Assembly: GCA_964371825.1 (NCBI GenBank)
Contig: CAYJOQ010000001.1
Coordinates: 1-46,588, forward strand
Reading direction: 5' to 3'
Source of the DNA: an uncultured Desulfovibrionaceae bacterium
GTDB taxonomy: Bacteria > Desulfobacterota > Desulfovibrionia > Desulfovibrionales > Desulfovibrionaceae
Length of the DNA stretch: 46,588 nucleotides
The notes under the pieces: generated by a model
The model's database searches: none
What the model was told of the DNA's origin: nothing
The model's input: only the letters and a program-made list of their open reading frames with translations
Part shown: piece by piece, positions 26,469 to 36,617 of the stretch
Position numbering within the stretch: position 1 is the stretch's first letter
Layout of the letters: the number at the start of each line of letters is the position of its first letter
Made by a program: the position numbers and the translations under genes

Positions 26469-28493
26469 TTATTTTGTAGCAATATTTTTTTCTGATAACT
26501 CTGCGGCTTTTTCTTCTTTAAAAGTAGCATAGGTTGTTTCTATTTCTTCTAAAAATTCATCCATGGTGCCAACCACGTCTACCTTGCCCCAAGTGAGATT
26601 TTCCATTCCACAACCAAAATAGATAAGTCGTTCTAGTACGTGGGCTAATGTTCCGTCGCGCACGCCTGTGTCTGGAGTTTCAAAATCATCAAAACTAAGG
26701 TTCAGATCAAGCCAAGGCTTAAGAGCTGCACTGCGCATCCAAAACATTCCCCCTATGGGAAAATCAATGGCGGCATCTTCTGGTATTTCTAAGCCTTTTT
26801 TTTCTAACACTTCATTTAAAAGCTTATGATTAGGGCCTTGAATGGGCAAAGCCCACGGTGGATAATTAGGCGGTGCTATAATGCCAACTTGAGGGTTGTG
26901 TAAAAAATATTGTAGTATTTCTTCAACTCTTTGCTGAGTACCTAAAAGAGAGTTGTATAACACATAACGCCAAGCAGCAGAGCCGCGCACATCCATATGC
27001 GTGGATTTTTTTACGTGTAACTTGAGAATATATTCGTATTTTGTCAGTATGTCTCCAAGCCCCACAAAGAAGGCTGCCATATCCCATCCCTTATTGGGGC
27101 AAATGCGCACTTCCTTATGCACAAAGGTCAATTCTTGTAGTAATTGTAAAATCTCTTGTTTTTTTGCTTCTGTATCTGTTGTTACATAAAGATGGCAATA
27201 CGTAGGCATATTTTGTAAGTAGGGCAAAAGCTTATGCAATGTGTCGGGATAAAAACAATGTAGAGCAAGGGCCACATTATCAGTCATTTGTGTTTGAGCT
27301 TGTGTGACAGCAGGCAAATGAATTGTATCATACGCTGTGAGAACATTTTGAGGAAAATTCTTATATTGCCTATATTTAACCTTTATATCACCCACACTGT
27401 ACGCAATTCTTGTAGAGAAAAAAGAGGCAGTATTTGGCAAAAGCCCAATTCTAATGGTATATGCATGTACAGCTTGAAGCAATTCTTTGTCAGGGTAGAG
27501 TTCATTAAGGTCAAGAAGGTAAAAATATCCACCGCCGGAAAAAATTTTATCTCTTTTAAAAAGTGGCACGCCAAATTCCACTAAGGTTCCTGTGTGATGA
27601 TAGGTAGGGTTATATGCCTTACACTTCCAGCCTTCAGGAGCAGCATAGGCAGCTGCTTGAAAACCATGTGTTTGTAAATATAGGGGAAGAGTCAATTCAA
27701 ACTTCAAAGCCAATTCACGCTTTTTGCTCAAAGGGATGGCTTGTATAAATTTTTTGAATGCCTTATGTTGTAAAACTTGATTTCTAAACACTAAGTAAAA
27801 GCTTTGTATATGTGGGGTGAATTCCTCATTATAGGTAAGACCCCAAAAATCACACTCAAGGCTATGCATGGTATCATGCACAGATTTAAAAGACCCCACA
27901 GGCCCAAAGTATGAATCATTGGTAAAGACAAGTTCCTTGCAATTGTATAATGAAGGAAAGCAATCAAGGGCTGCTTTCCAGCTTGTAAAGTCATAGCCAT
28001 CACAAGTGCGATATATGATAGCATCTGTCCATTCTTGCCAATGTTCTGTATGAGTATTTTCTTGTAAGGTATTTGAAGATGCTAAAATAACCTTATAACC
28101 TACGCTTTTAAAATGTCTGCATAATATCATTACATAGGTATCAATAATATTTTCTGGATCCCAATGAGCTACAATGACTGTGGTTTGATTGCTAAAGTCT
28201 GCGTTTTTTCCCTGTAGGCAAATGTATTGACCGTCTATGCCATAGTTATTATCATAGATACCATCAAAGGATTCAAGGGCATTATGTACCCTCTCTTCTT
28301 GGTTTTTTCCTTTAATGTCTTTTAAAAAATCAATTTTTTTAGTAGCAAAGTCATATTTTTCACCTGAATAAAAATACGCATTAACTCTATCAGATATATA
28401 TTCTTTAGTATTTTGTATGGTTTTGGCTGGACCATATTTAAATGTTTTTACAATAAATTTCTTAGGTAATTCGTAGAGTTTATAAATAAACAT
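26469..28493 (-). CDS. Rhamnan synthesis protein F (RgpF)-family glycosyltransferase, paralogue 1
   Basis: 674-aa ORF with 'AHWDP', 'YRTCDGYDFTSWKAAL', 'NDSYFGP', 'LHCFYPD...YVTTDT', 'GGMFWMR' and 'DGTLAHVLERL'. GGAGAG SD upstream. Confidence 0.8.
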   Translation of the reverse strand: MFIYKLYELPKKFIVKTFKYGPAKTIQNTKEYISDRVNAYFYSGEKYDFATKKIDFLKDIKGKNQEERVHNALESFDGIYDNNYGIDGQYICLQGKNADFSNQTTVIVAHWDPENIIDTYVMILCRHFKSVGYKVILASSNTLQENTHTEHWQEWTDAIIYRTCDGYDFTSWKAALDCFPSLYNCKELVFTNDSYFGPVGSFKSVHDTMHSLECDFWGLTYNEEFTPHIQSFYLVFRNQVLQHKAFKKFIQAIPLSKKRELALKFELTLPLYLQTHGFQAAAYAAPEGWKCKAYNPTYHHTGTLVEFGVPLFKRDKIFSGGGYFYLLDLNELYPDKELLQAVHAYTIRIGLLPNTASFFSTRIAYSVGDIKVKYRQYKNFPQNVLTAYDTIHLPAVTQAQTQMTDNVALALHCFYPDTLHKLLPYLQNMPTYCHLYVTTDTEAKKQEILQLLQELTFVHKEVRICPNKGWDMAAFFVGLGDILTKYEYILKLHVKKSTHMDVRGSAAWRYVLYNSLLGTQQRVEEILQYFLHNPQVGIIAPPNYPPWALPIQGPNHKLLNEVLEKKGLEIPEDAAIDFPIGGMFWMRSAALKPWLDLNLSFDDFETPDTGVRDGTLAHVLERLIYFGCGMENLTWGKVDVVGTMDEFLEEIETTYATFKEEKAAELSEKNIATK

Positions 28494-28926
28494 TGTGATG
28501 CTCTCTCCTAAAGTTTTTTGCTCAGCATATCTTGCGTAGCATTGGTCTCTTTACCTAAAAAAAGTATTCTTTTAAAAGTTTTAGGCTTTGACGTAGTTGG
28601 CACTGATAGCAAAAAATGATTATAAAGGCAAGTATGAATATATTATATAGATACTGCGTTTTTCTTAAAATTTAGCTAGTTAACCGTAAATGAATTTCAA
28701 TAAGAATGAAATTTATTAATGCTACGCCATGATATTGTGTGTATTATTGCAAGGCGAGGCTTGTTTGACAAAATACATTTTTTGGGGCATCTTACCTTGT
28801 TCTTAGTGAAACACGTATAAAATAATGGTATGAGCAATATTCATAGCTGTAATTCAATAAAATAGACATACTACAACACAAATGTGTTTTGTTCAAACTT
28901 AACTACAATACATAAGATTAAACTGA

Positions 28927-30759
28927 ATGTTCTTAAAATATTTACAGAATAATTTTGGCCAAGAGTTATTACGGATTTTCCCATTAATTCCTTCACCTTT
29001 ACGGGTGCGGTCTTTTTGGGTGTTTGTGCTTATGGTCATGCACAGCTTGCTTGAATTGTTTTTCATTTTGTCCTTACATGATATGGGCATTGCTCTCACA
29101 AATCCAGATGGATTACGCGCTTCTTTTTTATACGCTTGGATTTTTCATTTCTTCCCTAATTTATATGCTATGACCCTTGACCCAAGGCATCTGTTATTGC
29201 TTGTGGGTGTGGTGGTTGTGCTTGTCAATATAATTAAAAATATTGTAAGTTTTTATACTAGTTTAGCTATAGCCTACCTTGGAGAAGATATTTCTCTTAA
29301 CGTTGGCAATGAAATTATGTCTCGTTTTTTATATCAAGATTATGCGTGGCATTTATCGCCTGAAAGCACAAGTATGTATCAAAGTATGCTTTGGCGCGGT
29401 CAGCTTGGTGCTATGTTAACGCAATTATTAACGCTTTATGCTACTATTTTAACAACAATCATTTTATTTTTTAGCCTTATGGGGAGTGAACCCATTTTAA
29501 CCTCACTGGTGGTTGGTTTAACAAGTGCCATAGGCTATATTCTTTTTCATACTTTACGCTCAAACGTTGATAGTAGCGCTCATCTTTCTTCACTGAGTGC
29601 ACAAGCCGAAAATAAAGCTCTTTTGTGTGCTAGCAAGGGGATTCGTGAAGTGCTTATCTATAGGCAGCAAGAAACGTTTTTAGAAGCTTTGATGTCTGCA
29701 GCACGTGCTGGGCGTAGCCACCGTACCTTTACAAGTATTGCCCCCACATTGCCCACATGGGTTCTTGAAGCTGTAGGCTTTTTTGTGGTTATTTTAGCCA
29801 TGGCTTTTCTTATTTTTGTAGAAAATGCAGATATTCCTAGAATTTCTGCTGCTCTTGGACTTCTTGTTCTAACCGCTTGGCGTCTTTTGCCTTATTGCAA
29901 TCGAGTGGTGAGTTTACAAATTTCCATTCGCGGTACAAGACCTATGGCTCATGCTGTTATAGATTTATTAGAAAAATTACGTTCTTTACCAAGCAAGCCA
30001 CATCCAATTCCCGAAAAAGATTTTACTTTCACCAATGAAATCAGTTTAGAAAATATTTGTTTTCGCTATAGCGGTGCATCTGCTGATAGTTTGAAAAATA
30101 TTAACTTTACTGTACGCAAAGGAGAAAAAATTGGTTTAATTGGTGCTTCTGGTGGAGGTAAAACTACCTTAGCTGGCGTATTAAGCGGCTTATTACCACC
30201 AACTCATGGTAATATTCTTATAGATGGCATTACTCTTGATAGTAGCAAACGCGCAGCGTTAGCTGAACAAATAGGATATGTGCCACAATCTCCCTTTCTT
30301 TTTGCAGGAACACTTGCAGAAAATGTGGCCTTTAAAGATTGGGGAAAAGAGTGGGACGAAGAAAAAGTATATAAGGCTTGTAAACAAGCTTCGATTGACT
30401 TTGTTCAAGATCACAAAAAAGGTATTTTGCGACCCATTGGCGAAAATGGTGCAGGTCTTTCTGGCGGGCAAGCGCAACGTGTATCTATAGCAAGGGCTAT
30501 GTATACTGATCCTTCCTTATTAATTTTTGATGAGGCCACAAGTGCCCTTGATCAGCACAATGAGCATGCTATTCAAGAAACAATCGAAAATTTAGCTGAT
30601 AAGGTTACGTGTGTTATTATTGCGCATAGATTGAGCACAGTGGCACATTGTGACCGTGTGCTTTGGATTGATAAAGGCACCATTATTATGGATGGTCCTG
30701 CCAAGGAAGTTGTAGAAAAATATCAAGCTGTACTTGATACAAGTGCATTAGCGAAGTAA
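28927..30759 (+). CDS. Fused TMD-NBD ABC exporter (MsbA/PglK-like half-transporter)
   Basis: 610-aa ORF. 6-TM exporter domain, Walker A GASGGGKTT, signature LSGGQAQR and Walker B LIFDEATSALD. Confidence 0.85.
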   Translation: MFLKYLQNNFGQELLRIFPLIPSPLRVRSFWVFVLMVMHSLLELFFILSLHDMGIALTNPDGLRASFLYAWIFHFFPNLYAMTLDPRHLLLLVGVVVVLVNIIKNIVSFYTSLAIAYLGEDISLNVGNEIMSRFLYQDYAWHLSPESTSMYQSMLWRGQLGAMLTQLLTLYATILTTIILFFSLMGSEPILTSLVVGLTSAIGYILFHTLRSNVDSSAHLSSLSAQAENKALLCASKGIREVLIYRQQETFLEALMSAARAGRSHRTFTSIAPTLPTWVLEAVGFFVVILAMAFLIFVENADIPRISAALGLLVLTAWRLLPYCNRVVSLQISIRGTRPMAHAVIDLLEKLRSLPSKPHPIPEKDFTFTNEISLENICFRYSGASADSLKNINFTVRKGEKIGLIGASGGGKTTLAGVLSGLLPPTHGNILIDGITLDSSKRAALAEQIGYVPQSPFLFAGTLAENVAFKDWGKEWDEEKVYKACKQASIDFVQDHKKGILRPIGENGAGLSGGQAQRVSIARAMYTDPSLLIFDEATSALDQHNEHAIQETIENLADKVTCVIIAHRLSTVAHCDRVLWIDKGTIIMDGPAKEVVEKYQAVLDTSALAK

Positions 30760-30771
30760 GGGCTGAATATT

Positions 30772-31773
30772 TTGAGTGCACAGATGGCATCTGCTGTAAA
30801 ATCGGCAGTGGTTATACTGAATTATAATAATTGGCAAGATACCATAGCTTGTGTTGAATCTGTTCTTTCAAGTTCAGTACCTCCATATTTTGTTTTTGTT
30901 GTTGATAATGCTTCACCAGATGACTCTTTTGCACGCTTGCAAGCATGGGCTCAAGGCCACTTAGAAGATGAACTTCTTGGGCTTGGAGTAAAACATTCCT
31001 TACAAAAGCCTATTAAGTATAGTGTTTTTACAAATGCAGAACATTCACCTACACAGCCTGATACGCAACTTGTCTTTATAAAAAATGCACAAAATAATGG
31101 ATATTCTGCAGGCAATAATCTAGGTATTAAGCTTGCTATGCGTTTTGGTGCTGATGCTGTATGGATTTTAAATAATGATACTATTATAGAAAAAGATGCT
31201 TTACAGGCCATGCAAAAGTGTCTTTTTTCTAAGGCAAGACCAGGCCTTTGTGGTTCACTTGTTTGCTATGTTGACACAGGCCTTGTGCAGTGTTGTGGTG
31301 GTGGAAAAACTAATCCACTCAACGGTCTTTCTTGTTTATATGGGCATAATGTTACAAGAGAAGAAGCTCGCAAATTTAGTACTAATAGTGTTGAAAAAGA
31401 AATAAATTTTATTTACGGTGCCAGTGTGATGGCAAGTAGAAATTTTATAGAGACAGTAGGGCTAATGGATGAGCGATACTTTCTTTATTGTGAGGAGCAA
31501 GATTGGGCATATAGTGCCAAAGGGCGGTTTGATTTAGCCTATGCTCCTTTAGCAGTAGTACACCACAAAGAAGGCAGTACTACGGGTTTTTCAAGTAAAA
31601 AAATGTCTGTGCGGTCGCTTTGGCATTTGACGCGCAGTCGGATTTTACTTACTTATAAACACAAGCCTTGGGCATTGCCCACAGTGTTTTTAAGCATTGG
31701 TTTTGCGGCAACGCGAATGTTTTGGCGCCGAATTTTCGGCAGAAGATCTTTACCTATAAAAAGTGAAAAATAA
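30772..31773 (+). CDS. Family-2 glycosyltransferase (rhamnosyltransferase-like)
   Basis: 333-aa ORF (TTG start; alternative ATG at 30784) with 'VVILNYNNWQDTIACVESV', 'VVDNASPDDS' and 'NNGYSAGNNLG'. Confidence 0.82.
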   Translation: MSAQMASAVKSAVVILNYNNWQDTIACVESVLSSSVPPYFVFVVDNASPDDSFARLQAWAQGHLEDELLGLGVKHSLQKPIKYSVFTNAEHSPTQPDTQLVFIKNAQNNGYSAGNNLGIKLAMRFGADAVWILNNDTIIEKDALQAMQKCLFSKARPGLCGSLVCYVDTGLVQCCGGGKTNPLNGLSCLYGHNVTREEARKFSTNSVEKEINFIYGASVMASRNFIETVGLMDERYFLYCEEQDWAYSAKGRFDLAYAPLAVVHHKEGSTTGFSSKKMSVRSLWHLTRSRILLTYKHKPWALPTVFLSIGFAATRMFWRRIFGRRSLPIKSEK

Positions 31774-31774
31774 A

Positions 31775-32836
31775 ATGGCATGTTATCTTGTTACCGGTGG
31801 TGCGGGCTTTATTGGCTCCTGTTATGTTTTACAAAGTCGTAAAAATGGTGCGCAAGTTATTAACTTAGATAAGCTCACCTATGCAGGTAATTTAGACAAT
31901 CTTTCTATGCTCGCCAATGATGCAGGGCATGAGTTTGTTCGCGGAGATATTGGCAATGAAGAATTAATTGCCCATTTACTTGAAAAGCATGCTCCAGATG
32001 CCATAATTAATTTTGCGGCTGAATCTCATGTGGATCGTTCCATATTAGATCCTGATGCTTTTATACGTACCAATGTTCTTGGTACTTGCGTATTACTGCG
32101 TGTAGCTCTTAAATATTGGCAAGGCTTAAGTGGTAATAGAAAAAAAGATTTTCGCTTTTTACATGTATCTACCGATGAAGTGTTTGGTACTTTGCACTTA
32201 GATGATGCAGCCTTTACCGAAGATACCCCTTATGCTCCCAACAGTCCTTACTCTGCCTCAAAAGCTGCCAGTGATCATCTTGTGCGATCTTTTCATGAAA
32301 CCTATGGCATGCCTATTTTGATTACAAATTGTTCCAATAACTATGGACCTCGTCAATTCCCTGAAAAATTAATTCCCTTAGTCATTTGTAATGCCCTTGA
32401 AAATAAGCCATTGCCTATTTATGGAAAGGGTGAAAATATTCGTGATTGGTTACATGTGGAAGATCACTGTGCTGCCATTGAAGAAGTATTACAAAAAGGA
32501 ACAGTAGGGCGCACGTATAATATTGGCGGTCGTGCAGAACGAACCAATATAGATGTGGTAAAAACACTTTGTGCTGCTTTAGACCAATTTGTACCACGTG
32601 CACATGGTAAATATGAAGATCTTATTACCTATGTGAGTGATCGTCCTGGGCATGATTTTCGTTATGCCATTGACTGCACACGCATAGAAAAAGAACTTGG
32701 TTGGGTTCCTGCACATACCTTTAATGAAGGTATTTTAGAGACGGTGCGTTGGTACTTAGAAAACCAGGAATGGGTAGGGCGAGCACGCAGCGGTGCATAT
32801 CAAGATTGGCTACAAAAGAACTATACGGCGAGATAA
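31775..32836 (+). CDS. rfbB: dTDP-glucose 4,6-dehydratase
   Basis: The ATG at 31775 lies 2 nt after the GT2 stop (the ORF track starts at GTG 31763). Motifs '[10 protein letters not shown]', 'STDEVFG' and '[11 protein letters not shown]'. Confidence 0.93.
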   Translation: MACYLVTGGAGFIGSCYVLQSRKNGAQVINLDKLTYAGNLDNLSMLANDAGHEFVRGDIGNEELIAHLLEKHAPDAIINFAAESHVDRSILDPDAFIRTNVLGTCVLLRVALKYWQGLSGNRKKDFRFLHVSTDEVFGTLHLDDAAFTEDTPYAPNSPYSASKAASDHLVRSFHETYGMPILITNCSNNYGPRQFPEKLIPLVICNALENKPLPIYGKGENIRDWLHVEDHCAAIEEVLQKGTVGRTYNIGGRAERTNIDVVKTLCAALDQFVPRAHGKYEDLITYVSDRPGHDFRYAIDCTRIEKELGWVPAHTFNEGILETVRWYLENQEWVGRARSGAYQDWLQKNYTAR

Positions 32837-32838
32837 TT

Positions 32839-33726
32839 ATGAAAGAGCGCAAAGGTATTATTTTAGCAGGAGGATCAGGCACACGCTTACACCCCCTTAC
32901 ATTAAGCATCAGTAAGCAGCTTATGCCTATTTATGATAAGCCTATGATTTATTATCCTTTAAGTATTTTGCTACAAGCAGGTATTAAGGATATAAGCATT
33001 ATTTCTACACCAGATCATTTGCCTCTTTTTGAACAATTATTAGGAGATGGCAGTACGTGGGGATGTACTTTTAGATATATAGTACAACCATCACCAGATG
33101 GCTTAGCGCAAGCATTTTTGTTAGCGCGCCCATATATTGAAGGACATCCTTGTTGTCTTGTGCTTGGTGATAATATTTTCTTTGGTCATAATATGGATAA
33201 ACTTTTACAAAGAGCCACTGAACAAGAACGTGGCGCTTCTGTTTTTGGGTATCACGTAAGTGATCCGCAACGTTATGGTGTGGTAGAATTTGATGCAGAG
33301 CAAAAAGCTATCAGCATTGAAGAAAAACCAGAAAACCCGCGTTCTAATTATGCTGTTACCGGTTTGTATTTTTATGATGAAGATGTTGTGGATATTGCAG
33401 CATCCATCAAGCCTTCTGCTCGTGGTGAACTAGAAATTACTGATGTAAATAATGTATATTTGCAACGAGGTGATTTACGTGTTGAGCTTATGGGTCGTGG
33501 TATAGCTTGGCTTGATACAGGCACTCATGATTCCTTGCTTGCCGCATCATCCTATGTGCAAGCTATGCAAACTCGTCAAGGTTTGTATGTGGCTTGTCCA
33601 GAAGAAATTGCATGGCGCAAAGGCTTTATTGACGCTGAGCAATTGCGTGCTTGTGGTTTAGCCTTGCGTAAGTCTGCCTATGGTGAATATTTGTTAGAGC
33701 TAGCTGACGGAAGCAAAGGAAAATAG
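32839..33726 (+). CDS. rfbA: Glucose-1-phosphate thymidylyltransferase
   Basis: The in-frame ATG at 32839 ([21 protein letters not shown]) lies 3 nt after the rfbB stop. The longer ORF from 32749 overlaps rfbB and is unlikely. Confidence 0.93.
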   Translation: MKERKGIILAGGSGTRLHPLTLSISKQLMPIYDKPMIYYPLSILLQAGIKDISIISTPDHLPLFEQLLGDGSTWGCTFRYIVQPSPDGLAQAFLLARPYIEGHPCCLVLGDNIFFGHNMDKLLQRATEQERGASVFGYHVSDPQRYGVVEFDAEQKAISIEEKPENPRSNYAVTGLYFYDEDVVDIAASIKPSARGELEITDVNNVYLQRGDLRVELMGRGIAWLDTGTHDSLLAASSYVQAMQTRQGLYVACPEEIAWRKGFIDAEQLRACGLALRKSAYGEYLLELADGSKGK

Positions 33727-33727
33727 T

Positions 33728-34252
33728 ATGGAAATAGTAACAACACCTATACAGGATGTTCTTTTAATAAAACCAAAGGTTTTTGGCGATGCGCGTGGCT
33801 ATTTTGTAGAAACATGGCAACAAAAACGCTATGAAGAAGCAGGTATAAATCTTGCTTTTGTTCAAGATAATCATTCTCGCTCCAGTTACGGAATTTTGCG
33901 CGGTTTACATTTTCAAAAAACTAAACCCCAAGGTAAACTTGTTTCGGTATCCTTTGGTTCAGTTTTTGATGTGGCTGTGGATATTCGTAAAAATTCACCT
34001 ACCTATGGAAATTGGTATGGTGTTGAGTTAACACAAGACAATCAATATCAACTCTGGGTTCCTCCGGGGCTTGCGCATGGTTTTGTGGTTACGTCAGAAG
34101 TGGCACATTTTCATTACAAGGTTACTGATTTTTATGATCCAAGTGATGAAGGTTCTTATTTTTGGAATTCACCTGCACTTGGAATTACATGGCCTGTTGC
34201 AGAACCAAAATTATCTGACAAAGACGCCAATGCAGACCTGTGGGAGAGGTAA
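33728..34252 (+). CDS. rfbC: dTDP-4-dehydrorhamnose 3,5-epimerase
   Basis: 174-aa ORF with 'FGDARGYFVETW', 'RGLHFQ' and 'VPPGLAHGF'. AAAGGA SD upstream. Confidence 0.93.
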   Translation: MEIVTTPIQDVLLIKPKVFGDARGYFVETWQQKRYEEAGINLAFVQDNHSRSSYGILRGLHFQKTKPQGKLVSVSFGSVFDVAVDIRKNSPTYGNWYGVELTQDNQYQLWVPPGLAHGFVVTSEVAHFHYKVTDFYDPSDEGSYFWNSPALGITWPVAEPKLSDKDANADLWER

Positions 34253-34258
34253 GTAATC

Positions 34259-36130
34259 TTGAGATTCATAGAGCTTGTTAAAAAGTTTGGCATTAAAGTT
34301 CAGGAAGAGGGTTTACTGTATACTGTCCAATTCACGTATGATTTTTTTCGTCGTGAATTCTTCCGATTCCTTTACCAAAGAGCAAGGCTACATACTACCA
34401 AGCTCCCCTTTATTAAAGGGCTTAGAAAGGGAAACCCCACTGCTGTAACTAAGGCAAAAAAATATATTTCAGCACCTCTTGATGCTGTTATTTCCATAGA
34501 AGGGCACTGCCATTGCCTTTATGGGCACAACACAGACTTTAGCGGTAGCCGTGCTGTGGTGATTGCTCATTGGGATCCTGACAATACTATTGATGTGTAT
34601 GTTGAGTACTTGTGCAAGCACTTCAAAGACCTTGGTTTTAAGGTAGTAATTTCCTCTGCAAATCCCATTGAAAATACTCTTGTTGCTCGTCGCTGGCAAA
34701 ACTATGCCGATGCTATTGTGTATAGAACTTGTGATGGGTATGACTTTACCTCATGGAAGGCTGCATTGGCGTGCTTTCCTTCGCTATATCAATGTGAAGA
34801 ATTAACGCTTACCAATGATTCTTTTTTTGGCCCCATAGGATCTTTTGCGCCTGTCTATGAACGCATGGAAAAAATATCTTGCGACTTTTGGGGTCTTACA
34901 TACAGCCAAGATGAAGCTCCACATATTCAAAGCTTCTTTATGGTGTTTCATAAAAATGTCTTACAAGATGCAGCTTTTTCTAATTTTATTGCTGCTGTTC
35001 CCCTTGATTCAAGTCGCAAGAAAGCCATTGCGTTTGAGCTTTCACTGGGTATATATTTCACCATGCACGGCTTTCAAGGTGCTACCTATGCCCAAGCTGT
35101 GCAGCATATTCTTCGTAAATATAATCTTGCCACCTATTGCTATGATAAGCTTATAGACTATGGGGTGCCTGTATTAAAAAGAGAAACCTTGCGCAGAAAT
35201 AGCTTAGCGTTTAAAGCCATTATTGCTTTAGAAAGTGGCGAATTTAAAGGGTACCCTCTAGAATTTTGTCATGAATATTTTTTGCGAATAGGCCTTGGAC
35301 CAAGGGGAGTTCTTACGGCTGGTAAACAATATCCTACTTTTCCTCCTGATGTACTTTGTTTATTTGAAAAAATTGACCTTACGCCCATGGTTGAAAAACC
35401 TAAAGAAGAGCCTTTTGCCGTAGCCTTACATTGCTTTTATCCAGAATGCTTGCCTGATTTGGAAGTATATTTACGAAACTTGCCTCACTATGCTCATATT
35501 TTTATAACTACCGATACTGAAGAGAAGAAAGAAGAAATTTTACGCTTTTTTGCAAAAATGACTTTTGACGCCATTGAGGTAAGAATTTGCCCCAATCTCG
35601 GATGGGATGTAGCACCTTTTTATATTTCATTACAGGATGTTATAAAGAAATACCCATTATTGTTAAAAATTCATGTAAAAAAATCCACCCATGTACAAGG
35701 TAACTTTACCATGTATTGGAAAAATTCCATGTATGGTTCACTTATGGGGAGTAAGGAACACATAGAAAACATTTTACAGTATTTGCAAAATAATGAACAT
35801 ATGGGTGTTATTGCGCCAACACAATACCCTCCATGTATGCCTATTATTCAAGGTTTTAACAATACTGATATGTCACGCCTTTTAAAGCACTATAATATCA
35901 CTTTACCGCATAATACCATGATTAATTTTCCGGCAGGAACCATGTTTTGGTGTCGTACGAAGGCATTATATCCTTGGCTGAACGTTAATTTGCAATATGA
36001 CGACTTTCCTCCTACTACTAAGCGTGATGGAACGTTGGCGCATGCTTTAGAAAGGCTTATTTTCTTTGGTTGCGGTATTGAGGGTTTAAGATGGGGTAAG
36101 GTTGGTATGCCAAAGGGTGTAAAATTGTAA
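34259..36130 (+). CDS. RgpF-family glycosyltransferase, paralogue 2
   Basis: 623-aa ORF (TTG start after GGAGAGG). Long collinear similarity to 26469-28493, for example 'YRTCDGYDFTSWKAALACFPSLY', 'LHCFYPE...FITTDT', 'GTMFWCR' and 'DGTLAHALERL'. Confidence 0.8.
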   Translation: MRFIELVKKFGIKVQEEGLLYTVQFTYDFFRREFFRFLYQRARLHTTKLPFIKGLRKGNPTAVTKAKKYISAPLDAVISIEGHCHCLYGHNTDFSGSRAVVIAHWDPDNTIDVYVEYLCKHFKDLGFKVVISSANPIENTLVARRWQNYADAIVYRTCDGYDFTSWKAALACFPSLYQCEELTLTNDSFFGPIGSFAPVYERMEKISCDFWGLTYSQDEAPHIQSFFMVFHKNVLQDAAFSNFIAAVPLDSSRKKAIAFELSLGIYFTMHGFQGATYAQAVQHILRKYNLATYCYDKLIDYGVPVLKRETLRRNSLAFKAIIALESGEFKGYPLEFCHEYFLRIGLGPRGVLTAGKQYPTFPPDVLCLFEKIDLTPMVEKPKEEPFAVALHCFYPECLPDLEVYLRNLPHYAHIFITTDTEEKKEEILRFFAKMTFDAIEVRICPNLGWDVAPFYISLQDVIKKYPLLLKIHVKKSTHVQGNFTMYWKNSMYGSLMGSKEHIENILQYLQNNEHMGVIAPTQYPPCMPIIQGFNNTDMSRLLKHYNITLPHNTMINFPAGTMFWCRTKALYPWLNVNLQYDDFPPTTKRDGTLAHALERLIFFGCGIEGLRWGKVGMPKGVKL

Positions 36131-36443
36131 CATCCATCTGTTTATACAACATATATGGTGTTTATTCTGTTGGGTATGTTTTGCTAAAAATATTATAAAA
36201 TATACGTTTTTTGCAATCGCAATGCGTTTTTTTATTCTTGCGTTTACCATAAAATTTGAGTAAAAAAACAAGCTCTTAACGTGGATTATACGTATTAAGA
36301 ATAATCATTTAATAACATACTAATTGTTTAAAATAATTTTGTTTTTTAAGTATAATACATAAATAAAAATGGTGAAAATACGAGCATACAATGCATTTTA
36401 CGTATTTTTACTTTGTGATGCGTAGCAATATGTGATTGCGTGC

Positions 36444-36557
36444 GAAATTTTGCGCTACGTAAAATAAGCCAGAACGTACTTCTAGCTGCCCCCTAGGGAT
36501 ATTTGGAGCGTGCGTGCCTTTACAAAAGTGCGTAAATACACATTTTTTAGGTTCGAC
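36444..36557 (+). repeat. Family-B right-half copy B4
   Basis: 'ttttgcgctacgtaaaataagccagaacgtact...ggagcgtgcgtgccttt' aligns with 20970-21059. Confidence 0.7.
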
Positions 36558-36574
36558 AAAATAAATACAGTATG

Positions 36575-36590
36575 ATCTAAAATTTTAGAT
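36575..36590. promoter_or_regulatory. Perfect 16-bp palindrome atctaaaattttagat about 28 nt upstream of the MBOAT start; possible operator
   Basis: Read directly from the sequence. It is AT-rich, so chance occurrence is not excluded. Confidence 0.2.
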
Positions 36591-36617
36591 TATGCCCTTA
36601 TGTAAAAGTGAGATTTT

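Noticed and set aside
32749-32838. N-terminal extension of rfbA (the ORF track starts at 32749)
   Set aside because: It overlaps the rfbB 3' end by 88 nt. The canonical RmlA N-terminus [17 protein letters not shown] starts at the ATG at 32839, 3 nt after the rfbB stop.
36548-36560. 'aggttcgac' resembling a tRNA T-arm
   Set aside because: No acceptor, D or anticodon arms can be folded around it, and it lies inside family-B copy B4.
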